Assembly: GCA_964036045.1 (NCBI GenBank)
Contig: OZ038378.1
Location: 166,036,001 to 166,100,000 of the forward strand
Length of the DNA stretch: 64,000 bases
Source: Eutreptiella sp. 'Long Island Sound 2002'
Taxonomy: Eukaryota > Protista > Euglenida
Direction: 5' to 3'
The notes under the pieces are model-generated. The model made no database searches and had not been told where the DNA came from. It saw only the letters and a program-made list of their open reading frames with translations. Every line of letters starts with the position of its first letter. Within the stretch, counting starts at the first letter, position 1. The position numbers were made by a program, and so were the translations under genes. Positions 42,122 through 53,559 of this stretch are shown here, piece after piece.

Positions 42122-42427
42122 GTGTGGTGTTGCATGGGATGTGGAAAGCCCCTGGCCCTCCAAAGTAGGTGGCCAAGGAGCATAGCAGGTGTGTGTTGTA
42201 CGTCACGTTTTTTTTTTTGGGCGTTAAGCGCTTTTACCGCCAAAAAACACGACGTACAATTTTTTGCCACTCCCGTTTGCTGCAAACAACATTGCACAAC
42301 ATACAACTTTTTTGTACTCATGTTTGCCGCAGAAAAAAAACAAATTACACGAAATACACTTTTCTTGAAATCTCATTTGCAGCGGAAAAATACATTACTC
42401 GCACTTACGACGGGAAAAAAAATAGTG

Positions 42428-42935
42428 GCCACTAGCCACTTCTGATTTCGTCCCCACATCAGGGACCCCAAGACGGCGCGAGTTATGTAGCCACTTTGCC
42501 CACACATTGGCCCCCAAGACGGCAAAGGTTATGTAGCCATTTTGATCGTGTCTCCGCTTTGGGGACCCCCAAGGCGGCAAGGGTTGTTATGTAGCCACTT
42601 TGCCCACATGTGTGCCCCCAAGACGGTACGGTCTATGTGGCCATTTTGATTTTGACCCCCCCCCCCCCCCAAAGACGGCGGTGTAGCCACCTTGCCCACA
42701 TGTGGCCTCCCCAGACGGTAGGGGTTATGTAGCCCCTTATGCTTTCCTCCCCACACTGGGCGCTAGGGACCCCACGGGTGGCAGGGGTTAAAGAGCCACT
42801 TTGCCCACATGTGCCCCCCCCCCCCCCGAGAAGGCAAGGGTTAAGTAGCCTCTTCTGATTTCCTCCCCGCGCTAGGTGCTGCCACCCCCCCCCCCCTCCC
42901 CGAGATGGCAGAGGTTATGGTGCCACTTTGCCCAC
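42428..42935. repeat. Minisatellite of alternating ~46 bp and ~55 bp units
   Basis: Recurrent TAGCCACTTTGCCCACATG and TAGCCATTTTGAT units, each ending CCAAGACGG...GGTTATG. Confidence 0.8.
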
Positions 42936-43677
42936 ATGTAACGGGTGCAAAGTCCAATTATACTTGTGGGTCTCTGACAAGCGTATCTTTTTTCAACCCT
43001 CAGATTGTCCCATGGGGTGTTCGGCCCTCATATTTTGCTATTGCCATGGAGGAGTGGGAACATGCCAAGGGGGAATGTTTGCCTGGCGCATGCCCGGCAT
43101 GCTACCTTTGTATTAGTATTAGTATATTAGTATCTTATCTCTAGCCCCAGGTTTATCCTCACCTTGGGAAGTCCCCCGCACTTGACCGCAAACCTTCCCT
43201 GCAAGGCACCTTGCATAAGCCGAAATATGAGAATTCAACAACACAAAATGTCACTCTCACCACTTCCAACCACCACCCTTGCCAACGTCATAAACTGGGT
43301 GCAAAGGATGGGCCAAATTCTTAGACACGGTGAGAAGGTACTCCAAATTGTTTGGTTAGGTGGGGGCAAAAACAGGCACGGGTGGGGAATGGTCAAAAAA
43401 AGATGCCCGGCGCGCTAACGCTCCCCCTAAGGTGCAACTCACTTCCGACGATTGCAACACAGTCTAGTCAAAACCATTATTGGAAGCAATGTGCAATGTC
43501 GTCGTTGGTATGAAAGCAAACCGATATGCTGCTAAATTGCGCGACATTGGTGCTGCTTGGGGCACCGTGCTCCCCGTACGGGTGCCGTGGGTGTTCATCG
43601 GCCGATCGTTTAGAAGACACAACGTGCCAATGACACAAAACCTAACAAAAAGATAGAGATGGCTTGGTTGGACAAGT

Positions 43678-44288
43678 CACCTTGAAGAGAGGTTGTTAGA
43701 TCAAGCGCAGGCGCGGGCGTCGTATACCCCCCTTTTTGGGGGTCATTCGCGTAGCATACCCCAAGGCATGATATTTGATGTCCAACCCCTTGTAAAATCA
43801 TTATTTTGCCCAATAAGACCATCCCCCAATGGATTTTTTGATTTTGAGGCCTCTATCCCCTAAAACCGGATAACACTTTGTTGAGGGGGGGGGGGCTGGT
43901 GGTGGGGGGGTCAAAAGTTTTCGCTGAGAAGGCTCCAAGCAATGGGAGACACGTTTGTGTCACATTCACCCCCGGTCGAATGGTAACGCACCAAACCGCA
44001 GAGTTTTCGGTCGGCAGTTCGAATCTTGGTGGGTGGATGCCGGCGGTGGCGCCGCTGCCATATTGGCCGCACCATGGTTCGAACCGCCGACCAAAATGTC
44101 TACGGCCGCCTGCATTACCATTCGGCCACTGCCGACACTGACACCGGGTGTTCTCCCCACTGCTTGGTAGCGTGTCTGCCACTGACAAAAAACCCAAAAT
44201 GTGTGTTTCTGTCTGACTGACTGCTGGCCTGTCTAACTGACCGACAGCCTCTCTTCGAGGTGCACTGCCGAAGGCAATAGAATTTTTT
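43678..44288 (+). repeat. Dispersed repeat family, copy 2
   Basis: Aligns with 21601-22170. Confidence 0.8.
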
Positions 44289-45451
44289 GTAATTGCTGGT
44301 TCAACCAACCAACAATTGGGTGCGGAAAAAAGCCATCTTGAACCATGCTTTGCAAACCTTTTTCGTCCGCACCTTTTTAGCAAGCAAAGGCTTCAAACAG
44401 AGTATGCACCCGAAAGAGGCCTACATGCGCCAATCAAAGCCGGAGGCATTGCGGAAGAAAAAGGCCGCAACACAACGCTGCTTTAAGGTAGTGGCCAGCA
44501 GTGATGCCGATAGCGGCACTGTTGTGCCAAAGCTTGCTATGACAATTGGACCAGTTGGCACGCTAAGGTTGTGGCACCCAATCATAGTGAGCCGGACTTT
44601 GCAAATCTTCCTATTGCGGTGCATCAAAAACCGGCTAGCGTGGAATTGCCTCGCAAGCAATGGCATTGCTTGAACCTCTTTTGACCCCCTTATGTCTGTG
44701 GCCAACGTCGCAGAAGTGTGTACCGATGGTGCATACACTCAGGGAGCCTTGGGACCCACGGGATCAAGCAAGGTAGGGACCACCTGCCTGTGTGAGATGC
44801 CCGGTAACTCCAGTAGACGGCATGATAAGTGATTATGACTATGACTATGACTATGGTGCATACACCATGAAGGGTGTGGCTTTTGCCTGCCCACTTTGGA
44901 GCATCTTGCTCGTGGTAGGGCCCACCCTAACCTGAACAAATGGGTGTTCCAAAAGTGGTGTGTGGAGGTGGATGCCGAGGTTTTGATTGCCACTCTTACA
45001 CTCACACTCTTACACATAACACAACTTTTTTTTTTGAAGTGTTCCGGTTTTTTTTTAAGTCACACTACCTGACCACCTAAAAAATTGCACGACGTTATTG
45101 CCAAAATAATTACACACACAGACGTTTTTTTTGTACACAAGTTACATTTTTCACGCATGGGAGGGTCTTACACGAAAACCTTTTGCCCCCCCCCCCCAAA
45201 AAAAAGCCCTTTTGGACTGCCCAACATCCCCCCCAAATATCGTATGGTGCTCAAATACTGCATTCCCCTCGGGTGCCTTTTAATGGCAGCCCACATTACA
45301 TATCCCCTTTGGCAAAGCCGCGTGCTCAGGGCATTGACATGTAGCATGCAATGGGCAGTGGCACTTGTGTTTTTTTGGGCACTGGCACTTGTATTTTTTT
45401 GGAATATATTCCACGTTAATGGGAGTGGGGAAGTCTGTGGAGGACAAATTC

Positions 45452-45667
45452 AAGTCTGTACGAAAGTTTTGCCCACCATTTTCCCAGCGTTTTCACGGAT
45501 TTCTGCAGCATATTTTGGAAAGTTCTCTGGTTCACCCTTCCCGTATTGACATTTGTTGGCTGGTGGGCTTCAGACTGTTTGTGATGGAAATGCCTCATGC
45601 TGCTGTTGAGCTGACACCACCACAGGTCAAAACACAGTGCAACACGTAATTTGACATGTGTACAGAA
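45452..45667 (+). repeat. 216-bp direct repeat, copy 2 (inside the carrier intron)
   Basis: Matches 41310-41525. Confidence 0.9.
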
Positions 45668-46321
45668 ATTCAGTCAGACACTTCCTCACTTCTTCAGATC
45701 ATTGTGGCAATACTAGGGGCTGGCTACCGTTCAAGCACTCTCTTGTTTGTCATGCGTGCATTTCGCGGCTACAATTTGAGTACACAGACTGAAAAGTCGT
45801 GTACCGTGCATAGACTCACCCCGGGGCGTACCCCAACGACCTCCTGTGCTGTTGGGAACACAATGCAATACTCACGGCACTCTACACACCACCCGTAGCC
45901 CAGTCTCAGCCCAAGCTTGTTTGCACACGGCAGGTCAGGGGGTAGCCTGAACGGACGGGAGTTGTTTGTTTTTTGTTTACAGGAAAGTCCAGGACCACTG
46001 GCAGTGAATCCCCAACCGCTGGCGGTTACTTGTCAACTGCTGCTGACTAACCCTCAACCCTCAACCATGGACATTTACTGCTGACCTCCAACTGTCAAAC
46101 GATGACCAGTTGACAGGCGTGGTTGGCCCAGATTCTATTCTAAAATGTAAGTTTTTTTATACCCACTGCTTTGCATGATGATTTTTCTTTCGGGCCCTTC
46201 GGGCCCACTGAAAGGGAGGGTATCGGTTTGGGACTGCGAAGTGGTGGGATGGTATCCTAGGGAAGGGAAGTCCGGCGCCAGGCCACTGTCCCCATGCCCT
46301 TGCGTTTGCCCCGTGATGCAG

Positions 46322-46789
46322 GTGATGCAAGCGATATATGCACAAGATGGCCTTACAGGGTTCTACCGTGGGTTGGGCACTGGGGTCTCCGGTCGTGCGT
46401 GTGAGTCCATGTTGTACTGGATGCTGTACGAGCGGCTGAAGCAACACTGCGGCACCCACTCAGAGACCCTCTCCACGCCGTACTTCGGGGCGCAGGTGAT
46501 GTCCCTGTCGATGGTTGCCAAACTGGTGTCCAGTACACTTGTGTACCCCTACAACGTGGTCCGGGTGCATTTGTGGGAGGTCAACCCCGAAAGTGGGGTC
46601 CACGAGTACAACCACCTCTGGCAGACGGTGCGGGGCATTTGGCGGGCGGATGGGGTGCGGGGTTTCTACAGCGGGCTGATGCCCCACCTCATGCGCGTGA
46701 TTCCCAGCAGCGGTCTGACCCTCATTGTGTATGAGACATTGATGCGCGCGTTTCCGGATGGCACAAGGACAAGGACTGTGTTGGCCTGA
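46322..46789 (+). CDS. SLC25 mitochondrial carrier, exon 2
   Basis: Acceptor gatgcag|GTG; DGLTGFYRGLG, YPYNVVRVHL, DGVRGFYSGLMPHLMRVIP. Joins exon 1 in frame across a 4.2-kb intron. Confidence 0.85.
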   Translation: MMQAIYAQDGLTGFYRGLGTGVSGRACESMLYWMLYERLKQHCGTHSETLSTPYFGAQVMSLSMVAKLVSSTLVYPYNVVRVHLWEVNPESGVHEYNHLWQTVRGIWRADGVRGFYSGLMPHLMRVIPSSGLTLIVYETLMRAFPDGTRTRTVLA

Positions 46790-48030
46790 CCATGCCTCAC
46801 CGCGTCCGCACCTGACCGTGTCTGACTGCGCGACCCAGGGGCATCAGCGATGGCTGTCAGGGATCTGCCCGGGATGGGCGAACAAAGTCGTATACAAGTG
46901 CAAGTCTCCCACTGCCGAACCTGGTTTCAGACTCAGCTAATCCTCACTATGTGTCAGATCCGGTACCACGGCCATTGTGGGATCATGGTAGCACTGGACA
47001 GCTCTGAACCTTGATCCCGAGAGGTTATCTCGAGTACTGTGAAGTGAGCAGGCCACGCCAGCCCATCTTAGTCTGAACAAAAAAAAAACAAGCCGTATAC
47101 AAATGCAAGGAGGTCAGGAGAGAGGGTGAATTTCCCAGCCCACCCCGACCACCACCCCCAGGGATGCTGTCGAAGCAGGAGAGGGCCTGCCCCCTGTTCC
47201 ATGCATGTGGTCGACGCACAAACGAGACTCTCCCTTGGTTTTCTGGCCGGACCCAACACGAATCACGATACCCAACCCGAAACCGCAGCGCCACCCATGA
47301 GTTTCCTCACAAGGCAAAATGCCTGCGCACTGCAGATGTATAACACTTGGCGGTCCGGAACCCTTTTGCCCTGTGTTACAATGCCCACATCAGTGGTGGG
47401 GATTTACCCTCCAAATCCGACTAAAAGTGAAGGCGCAGAGGGGACGCCACCGGGGCAGAAGCAGCAGTTGTGAGCAGAGGGACAATGGTCCCACTCTCAC
47501 CTGCCTAAATATGTTTCCCCACTGTCTGGGAACAATGTATACAATTTCCTCTCCAACATTTGCACCATTGCACTCATCTGGAAGTACCGATCAGCATCCT
47601 TACCTAGCCTTCACGGCAACCCTCTGATTCCGTGGGCCGAGCCTGGGACTCACCGCCGCAACCTTGAATATCCCCAATTTGTAATTTATCCCCTCTCACT
47701 TCTCAAGCGCCCCCACCTTGGGCGAAACCAGCCACAACTTCTCGAAAGCCATAAGGCACGCGAGGCGCCCAAAAGAGAGTTGTTTTTTCTCGGCGGGCAC
47801 GGTGACATGGAACTTCCCCCCTCTTACCTTTGCCCCACCGCTAGTAATGCCATTGCCCTGTGTATCCACCACAGTGCTCTACGGAACCATCAAGGAGTCC
47901 TTTGGAGCTTTCCATGTCTTTTACATCCAAGGGGCAGCTCCCTCTGCTGTCTGGATGTCAACGGTGCTGCTGTGACGGACGTTGTGCTTCGACATCATTT
48001 TGGATCATCCCTCAAATGATAATTGATGTA

Positions 48031-48626
48031 CCCCCCCCCCCCCTTGTAATAGCCACGCCCTTGTCCAAGCTACAGTAGGCATAGGGACCGTATTAATTTG
48101 GCACCTAATTTTAATTCGGTACCAAATGTAGTGATGCCACTCAAGACATGGGTTTGGTGATGAATTTGCCAGTTACACAGGGTTGTGAGTGTACTTTACA
48201 AGAGACCACATGCAAGGCAATTTCATTCCCAACAACTTGAAGTTGCCTGAGCCCAAACCAGCCCCTAAACCTCGGGCAAAGGCATCTTCAAAGGCATCTT
48301 CAAGTAGTGAGCATGTGGAGTTGTTCCGCATGGTGTATGATCGCAAGAAGGGTTTCCAAGCCGAACATTTGTAGGCTTCTCATGCTTCATTGCTTGTAGG
48401 AACATGGGTGTGAACCTGAAGTTTGATGTTTCAAACACTTTCTTGTGTTTGCATGCCTTTGGGAATGTGGGCGGAGGTTAAGGTGCACTCATACCATGCA
48501 CTCACCCATGTGTGTGTCGGTAGTTGTATGTGTTGTGCACAAGCCACGCCCTTGTCTAAGCTACAATAGGCGTAGGGACCATATTAATTTGGTACTTATG
48601 CGTAGCTATTACAAAGGGGGGGGGGG
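48031..48626. mobile_element. MITE, Tc1/mariner-like (TA TSD)
   Basis: TIRs C13-TTGTAATAGC and GCTATTACAAA-G11, TA on both sides, and ~55-bp subterminal direct repeats at about 48051 and 48542. Confidence 0.7.
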
Positions 48627-49566
48627 TACAAACTGCTGCAAACTATGGACCAGTTATCACCGCCAAAGACCTCAAACAAGGCCCAGCATCAGCCCAATCT
48701 TTGCCGTCCCAGCCATAGCAACAAATTGTGGTGGGCGGACTTTCAATGTCTTTGAGGACTCCCGGGACATCCCCTATAGGCCCCTATGGCACAGCTTTTA
48801 GAATTTGGGGTGTTTTCGGGGTTGAAAGTCAATGAGATAAAGTCGTTTGCATTGCTCAAATGACAAGCAGAGCCAGTGCCAGCTACATATGTGGGGTTGG
48901 CAGTCAAGGAGAGAGTACAGTATTTGGGGGTCCAAATTGGGCATGTGACAGCCGAACAAGCATATGCGCCTTCTATGGCAAAAATGAAGGCACATGCCGC
49001 ATCTTTGAAGACGCTGCCGCTAGAACTGTGTGAAAAAGCGGCGATTTTCAAGATTTGGGTCCAGTTGGTAGTGCAGCTTACTGCAAAAGTTTGGGAACCC
49101 TCACAAAAAGTGCTTTGAATGTCATTTACAGGATGGCACTGGGGTTATCCACCTAGGATATCCGCCCAGTGATGGTAGCGGAACCGCTGGATCGAGGGGG
49201 AGTGTCGACGTACACGTTGGCTGTATGGGTGCGGTTTCAGTTTAGGCGACTCTTTGGGAATGTCATGCACGCAGTGCGAAGTTTTGGATGTCGGCAAATA
49301 CTCGAACCCTAGTTTCGGCCCCTTTTCACAAGTTTTTGGTTCCGTACCAGGGTTTTTTTGGCTTCCTAAGCATTTAGGATGTGGCATATTTGAATTGTCA
49401 ACCATTTTTGCCCATTTTCAACCATTTCCCCCTAATTTCCTCCTCCGCATGGGCGTTAGCGCACGGGGTGTGCGCCGGGCATCTTTGAGGGAGCGTTATT
49501 TTGGGCCTTCAACCTTCCGGTGCTATTGAGGAAACCGGGCCAATTATCCAATCCACGCTTTGTTGC

Positions 49567-49807
49567 GTGGCCCCTCGAGTTGGGGTTAGGGACTCACAAT
49601 CCATGCTTCGGTGTGGCCCCTCGAGTTAGGGTTGAGGATTCACAATCCACACTTCAGTGTGGCCCCTCGAGTTGGGGTTAGGGACTCACAATCCACGCTT
49701 CGGTGTGGCCCCTCAAGTTGGGGTTAGGGACTCACAATCCACGCTTCGGTGTGGCCCCTCGAGTTGGGGTTAGGGACTCACAATCCAAGCTTCTGTGTGG
49801 CCCCTCG
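49567..49807. repeat. 46-bp tandem repeat, 5 full units plus a partial, containing TTGGGGTTAGGG
   Basis: GTGGCCCC restarts at 49567, 49613, 49659, 49705, 49751 and 49797. Confidence 0.95.
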
Positions 49808-50411
49808 TGTGCCAGAGTCTGTATGGGCACAGGAGGAGGCAACCGTTGTAGAGGAGGAAAATGATGACGGTTTTTGTTGCCAATTGTGTGGCCACCGTCC
49901 TGGTGATATATCCGAGTGTGGCACTTGCCACTTGAACATGTGTGCATCTTGCATGCCCTTGCATAGTTGTACTTTATAAGGCTGATTTGCTTGTTCATGA
50001 GGACAGTTGATTACCAAGTTGAAGGCAGTTTCGTTGTTCTCATGTGGGCTTTGCTGCTTCGCCGTGCTACTAAACAGGTGATAGGTATTCTTGGGTGAGT
50101 ATCCCAGCCTCTGCGTGCGCAATATGCACGCAGTGCGCACGCAGTGCAAGAACTTCGCCTTTCAGCTTGTCATTCGAGAGAAGCTGCATTTTTCAAGATC
50201 CCCGGTGGGGCTGTCATTGGTGCCGGCGTTCATTCTGTACTTGCATTTGGGAATAGTACGCATGGGAGTCAAAAGGTGGCTACACGTGTCTTGTTACACG
50301 CTTTCGAGGTTACGCTAGAAAGCATCCCCGCCGTCGTTGGTGGGTACGCCGGGCAACACGCCAGTATGGCACAATGTGTACTTTCGGAATGCAGTGGGAC
50401 ATAGGGGGTGC

Positions 50412-51098
50412 CTTAAGCGTAGTGCGCGCGCAGTGCAGGCGCAGTGCAACTATTTGGGCGTCTAGCCGTATTGGAGACCCATACTTTGTGATACTAGGGG
50501 CATCATTGTTGCCCCTAGCCTAGGTTTTGATGCTTCTTCCACATTGGGGATATGCCATTTTTGGATGTTCACCCACTTTCACCCATTTCCACCCCTTTTC
50601 ATTTGCTCATCTCCACCATGGACTCCCACACTTTGGTGTGGGCCTTGAGTTGGGGTGACGGACTCCCCGGTTTTTGCCTAACCATAGTCGAATGCCCTAT
50701 GCGAGGCCGCATTGCTGCTGATGAGGATGCGTGATTGTACCACAAATGGAAACTGGAGGTTGACGTGGATTCTCTCCTGCAAGCCACTTTGCCCCCCGGT
50801 CCAGTTGAGGATGAGGCGGACACATACGAGGCTTTGGCACTAGCTGGTAGGGTGAGTGAGCTTTCCAATAAGGCCACTCCGGAGCTTTCTGGTCTTGCAC
50901 TTAGTTGACAATTGAACAGAAAAGAGGATATGTGTGTGGCTTTCCACATTTTGCATGATGTCTTATGTGAGGGGAAGGTAGCTTGCATTTGTCTTTAGCT
51001 AGGGTAGTTTGGGTGACCTAAATTTAGGGGCATTTGGAAGGGGTGTGCCCGGGGGTTCTTTAGGGAGGACCTTGTCTAAAAGTAGCGCGCAGTGCAAG
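50412..51098 (+). mobile_element. Short element E3 (same ends as E1), inserted in the decayed LINE
   Basis: End homology with 13471-14121; LINE-like coding fragments lie on both sides. Confidence 0.55.
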
Positions 51099-53029
51099 GA
51101 TTCCCCCATAGTGATTACTCACCGAAGCTGGTAAGACAAGGAGTGCTGGTACTGTCTCACGTGGCTGGGGGGGGGGAGATACGAACGGACGTGACCCTGC
51201 CCCCCACCTGGCGTCCGATATGTCAAGCAGCAGTGCCCTATCTGCTGTCCCTGCCTGTCCAAGATTTACCGAGGTGTTGGTTGAAGCCGTCTTTTACATT
51301 GCTAGTTGCACTGCAGCCACTGGAGCCGCCGCAAGTGAGGCAGTTGGGGGAAGTGTGGGCGCAATTTGAGCGGTTGGTTATGCCGGGGACACAAAGTGAT
51401 TTCATGCGCACAGCAGTGTGGAAAAAATTGGCGCTGGGGGCGCATACAAAAGATGTTTGTCATCAACCGCAATGTGTTCTCTGTTCGGTGCTAGAAACTA
51501 TGAGGCATACATTGTCGAGGTGCAAATTTATGCCTGTGGCTGCAGAGAGGTTTGCGGTGCTGACGCCCATGTTTCGACTACCATCTGCCGCAGTACCACG
51601 AAATCATGTAGCACACACCTAAATGACCTAAACTTTGCACCACAACGCAACACCCACGATGCTTACGCCGCCGCCCACATGGCCAACCCTTGTTTTGTTT
51701 TAAGGGAAAGCAGTTGTTCATCAACCAGCAGGTCATTCATGGGGTGTAGTACCCCTGTTACCACATTCATTAGGCAAGACACACAGCATCCAACCCCGTG
51801 TCTTGAGAGATTTATTCAGGGGTCCCAAACGTTTCGCATTCAACATCCACAACGAGTGGTTGTGCGTTCCAAAGCGGTGAGAGTGCCCAAGAAAGACAAG
51901 TGGGCACACATATTACCAGGGATGCTGCAGACCATTGCGCAAAAAGCAGCTCAGAGCTGGGATGTTGATCAAGAGAAGAGAGGGGTGGGGATATAGATTT
52001 TGCTTGGTATGGCATTTGGTTTGGTGATGGAGATAGTTGTAATGAACAGGCCCCAATCCCCGAAACTGAACGTCAATCAATCACCAGTGCTGAGCTCACA
52101 GCAGCCCTGCGGGTGCTACAGAAAAAGTGCCCATGACAGCCACTGCATCTAGTTACCGACTCAGAATTAGTCGATGTTGGACTCACGAGTAAATGTCAAA
52201 AGTGGTGTCGGCACAAGTGGGTGGGATTGAGGGGCCCGCTGGTTTGTATTGACTCATGCTCTGATCTGTGGTCCCGATGCTAACTCTTGGGGGCAGTGTG
52301 TCGGTGCAGTGGGTGCCATCACACGTGGGAGTGTAGGGCAATGAGTGTGCAGATGCTAATGCGGCCAAGGGAGCCAGGATAGCACACCGGAAAGTCCTGG
52401 CACACAAGACAGTGACAGACATTCGGGAACAGCTGAGGTTGGAAGAGATGCCAGACTCATATGATTCTGATTCTAACCAGTCACGGGTACCAGACACAGT
52501 AACGTATTTGATGTGTCAGGGGAGGGGATAGTGTTCCTGAAGAACTATTCTCGTTCAAACGCCCGAGGATGTCAAGCTGACCGGCTCCAGGGGAGGGGGG
52601 CGAGCTGACCAGCCAGCCCATGAAACATTCGATAACTGCAGTAGCAGTGAACTCAAGGCAGCATTTGGTACTGGGCTGAGCGATGATGGTATGCCTGTGT
52701 CCCAGGGGTACGCAGAAGCTAAGTATCCAGCGCTTCATTCCCCAAAGTGTACGAAAATTATTGATTTCTCTACACCATGAAGACCCTTTGGTCTGGGATC
52801 ATGGGGCCATATTGATTTCTCTCCACAATGGGGACCCTTTGGCCTGGAGTGGGGCCATATGGGGCCATATGGATTTCTCCTCAAGGATCATGATAAACAC
52901 AATTAGCCGCTCGCTCATTGGGGCATATTTTTCACAGTGCAGTGCAAATCTGTCGGCACGACTGTTGTGTGTGCACAAAGGCATGCACAAGGCAGACAGA
53001 CCCATTCGGGATTAGACTGAACTGCAGTT

Positions 53030-53153
53030 GAACTGTACGTGAGCTGTAGGTGAGCTGTGGCTGGACTGTGGGTGGACTGTAGGTGGACTGTAGGTGAGCT
53101 GTGAGCTGTAGGTGAGCTGTAGGTGGACTGTAGGTGAGTTGTAGGTGAGCTGC
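53030..53153. repeat. 11-bp tandem repeat (GGTGAGCTGTA / GGTGGACTGTA)
   Basis: About 11 imperfect units. Confidence 0.9.
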
Positions 53154-53348
53154 ATACTGGGCTTGTAACAACCGCTTTGGATCATTGCTCTGCATGTCTA
53201 CATTCCAGCAATTTGGTAGGGTCTTCAGGGGTAGGGTTGGTGATACCTCCTGCTGTGTACAACCCCCCGTCCATCAGGATTATTATCTGCACACTGAGAC
53301 CACCTATGCCCTCTGCTGCAGCTCTGAATTTGTATTTGTCTTACCACA

Positions 53349-53447
53349 ATGTTGGGCAACCTGACTTCAAAACTTGAGAATGCCCTTGGTGTGGATATTG
53401 ATGGTGATGGACGAGTGGGCAACAAGCCCCCAGGGCAAGCTGGCTAC
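53349..53447 (+). CDS. MCA1: Type I metacaspase, exon 1
   Basis: ATG to TAC|gtatgt, 33 codons, phase 0. Confidence 0.7.
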
Positions 53448-53559
53448 GTATGTCCTCGCTCTGGCCTGTCAACCATGTTGCCTCTGATGCGGAAACACAT
53501 GCATGTCGTCGATAATGCCATACTTGTAGCACTTACCTGCCATCCATTGACATGCACAG

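Larger units (their letters stand above)
48876..52250 (+). pseudogene. Decayed non-LTR retrotransposon: RT thumb, CCHC finger and RNase H, interrupted by later insertions
   Basis: VQYLGVQIG and AEPLDRGG (48876-49240); CVLCSVLETMRHTLSRC (about 51470); WYGIWFGDG...RQSITSAELTAALRVL...LVTDSELV...KW (52002-52250). Confidence 0.75.

Noticed and set aside
42200-42430. Phased A-tract bent DNA (also 45020-45200)
   Set aside because: The A/T tracts are not regularly spaced at 10-11 bp by eye.
49567-49807. CRISPR-like array
   Set aside because: The units are contiguous with no unique spacers, and the context is eukaryotic.
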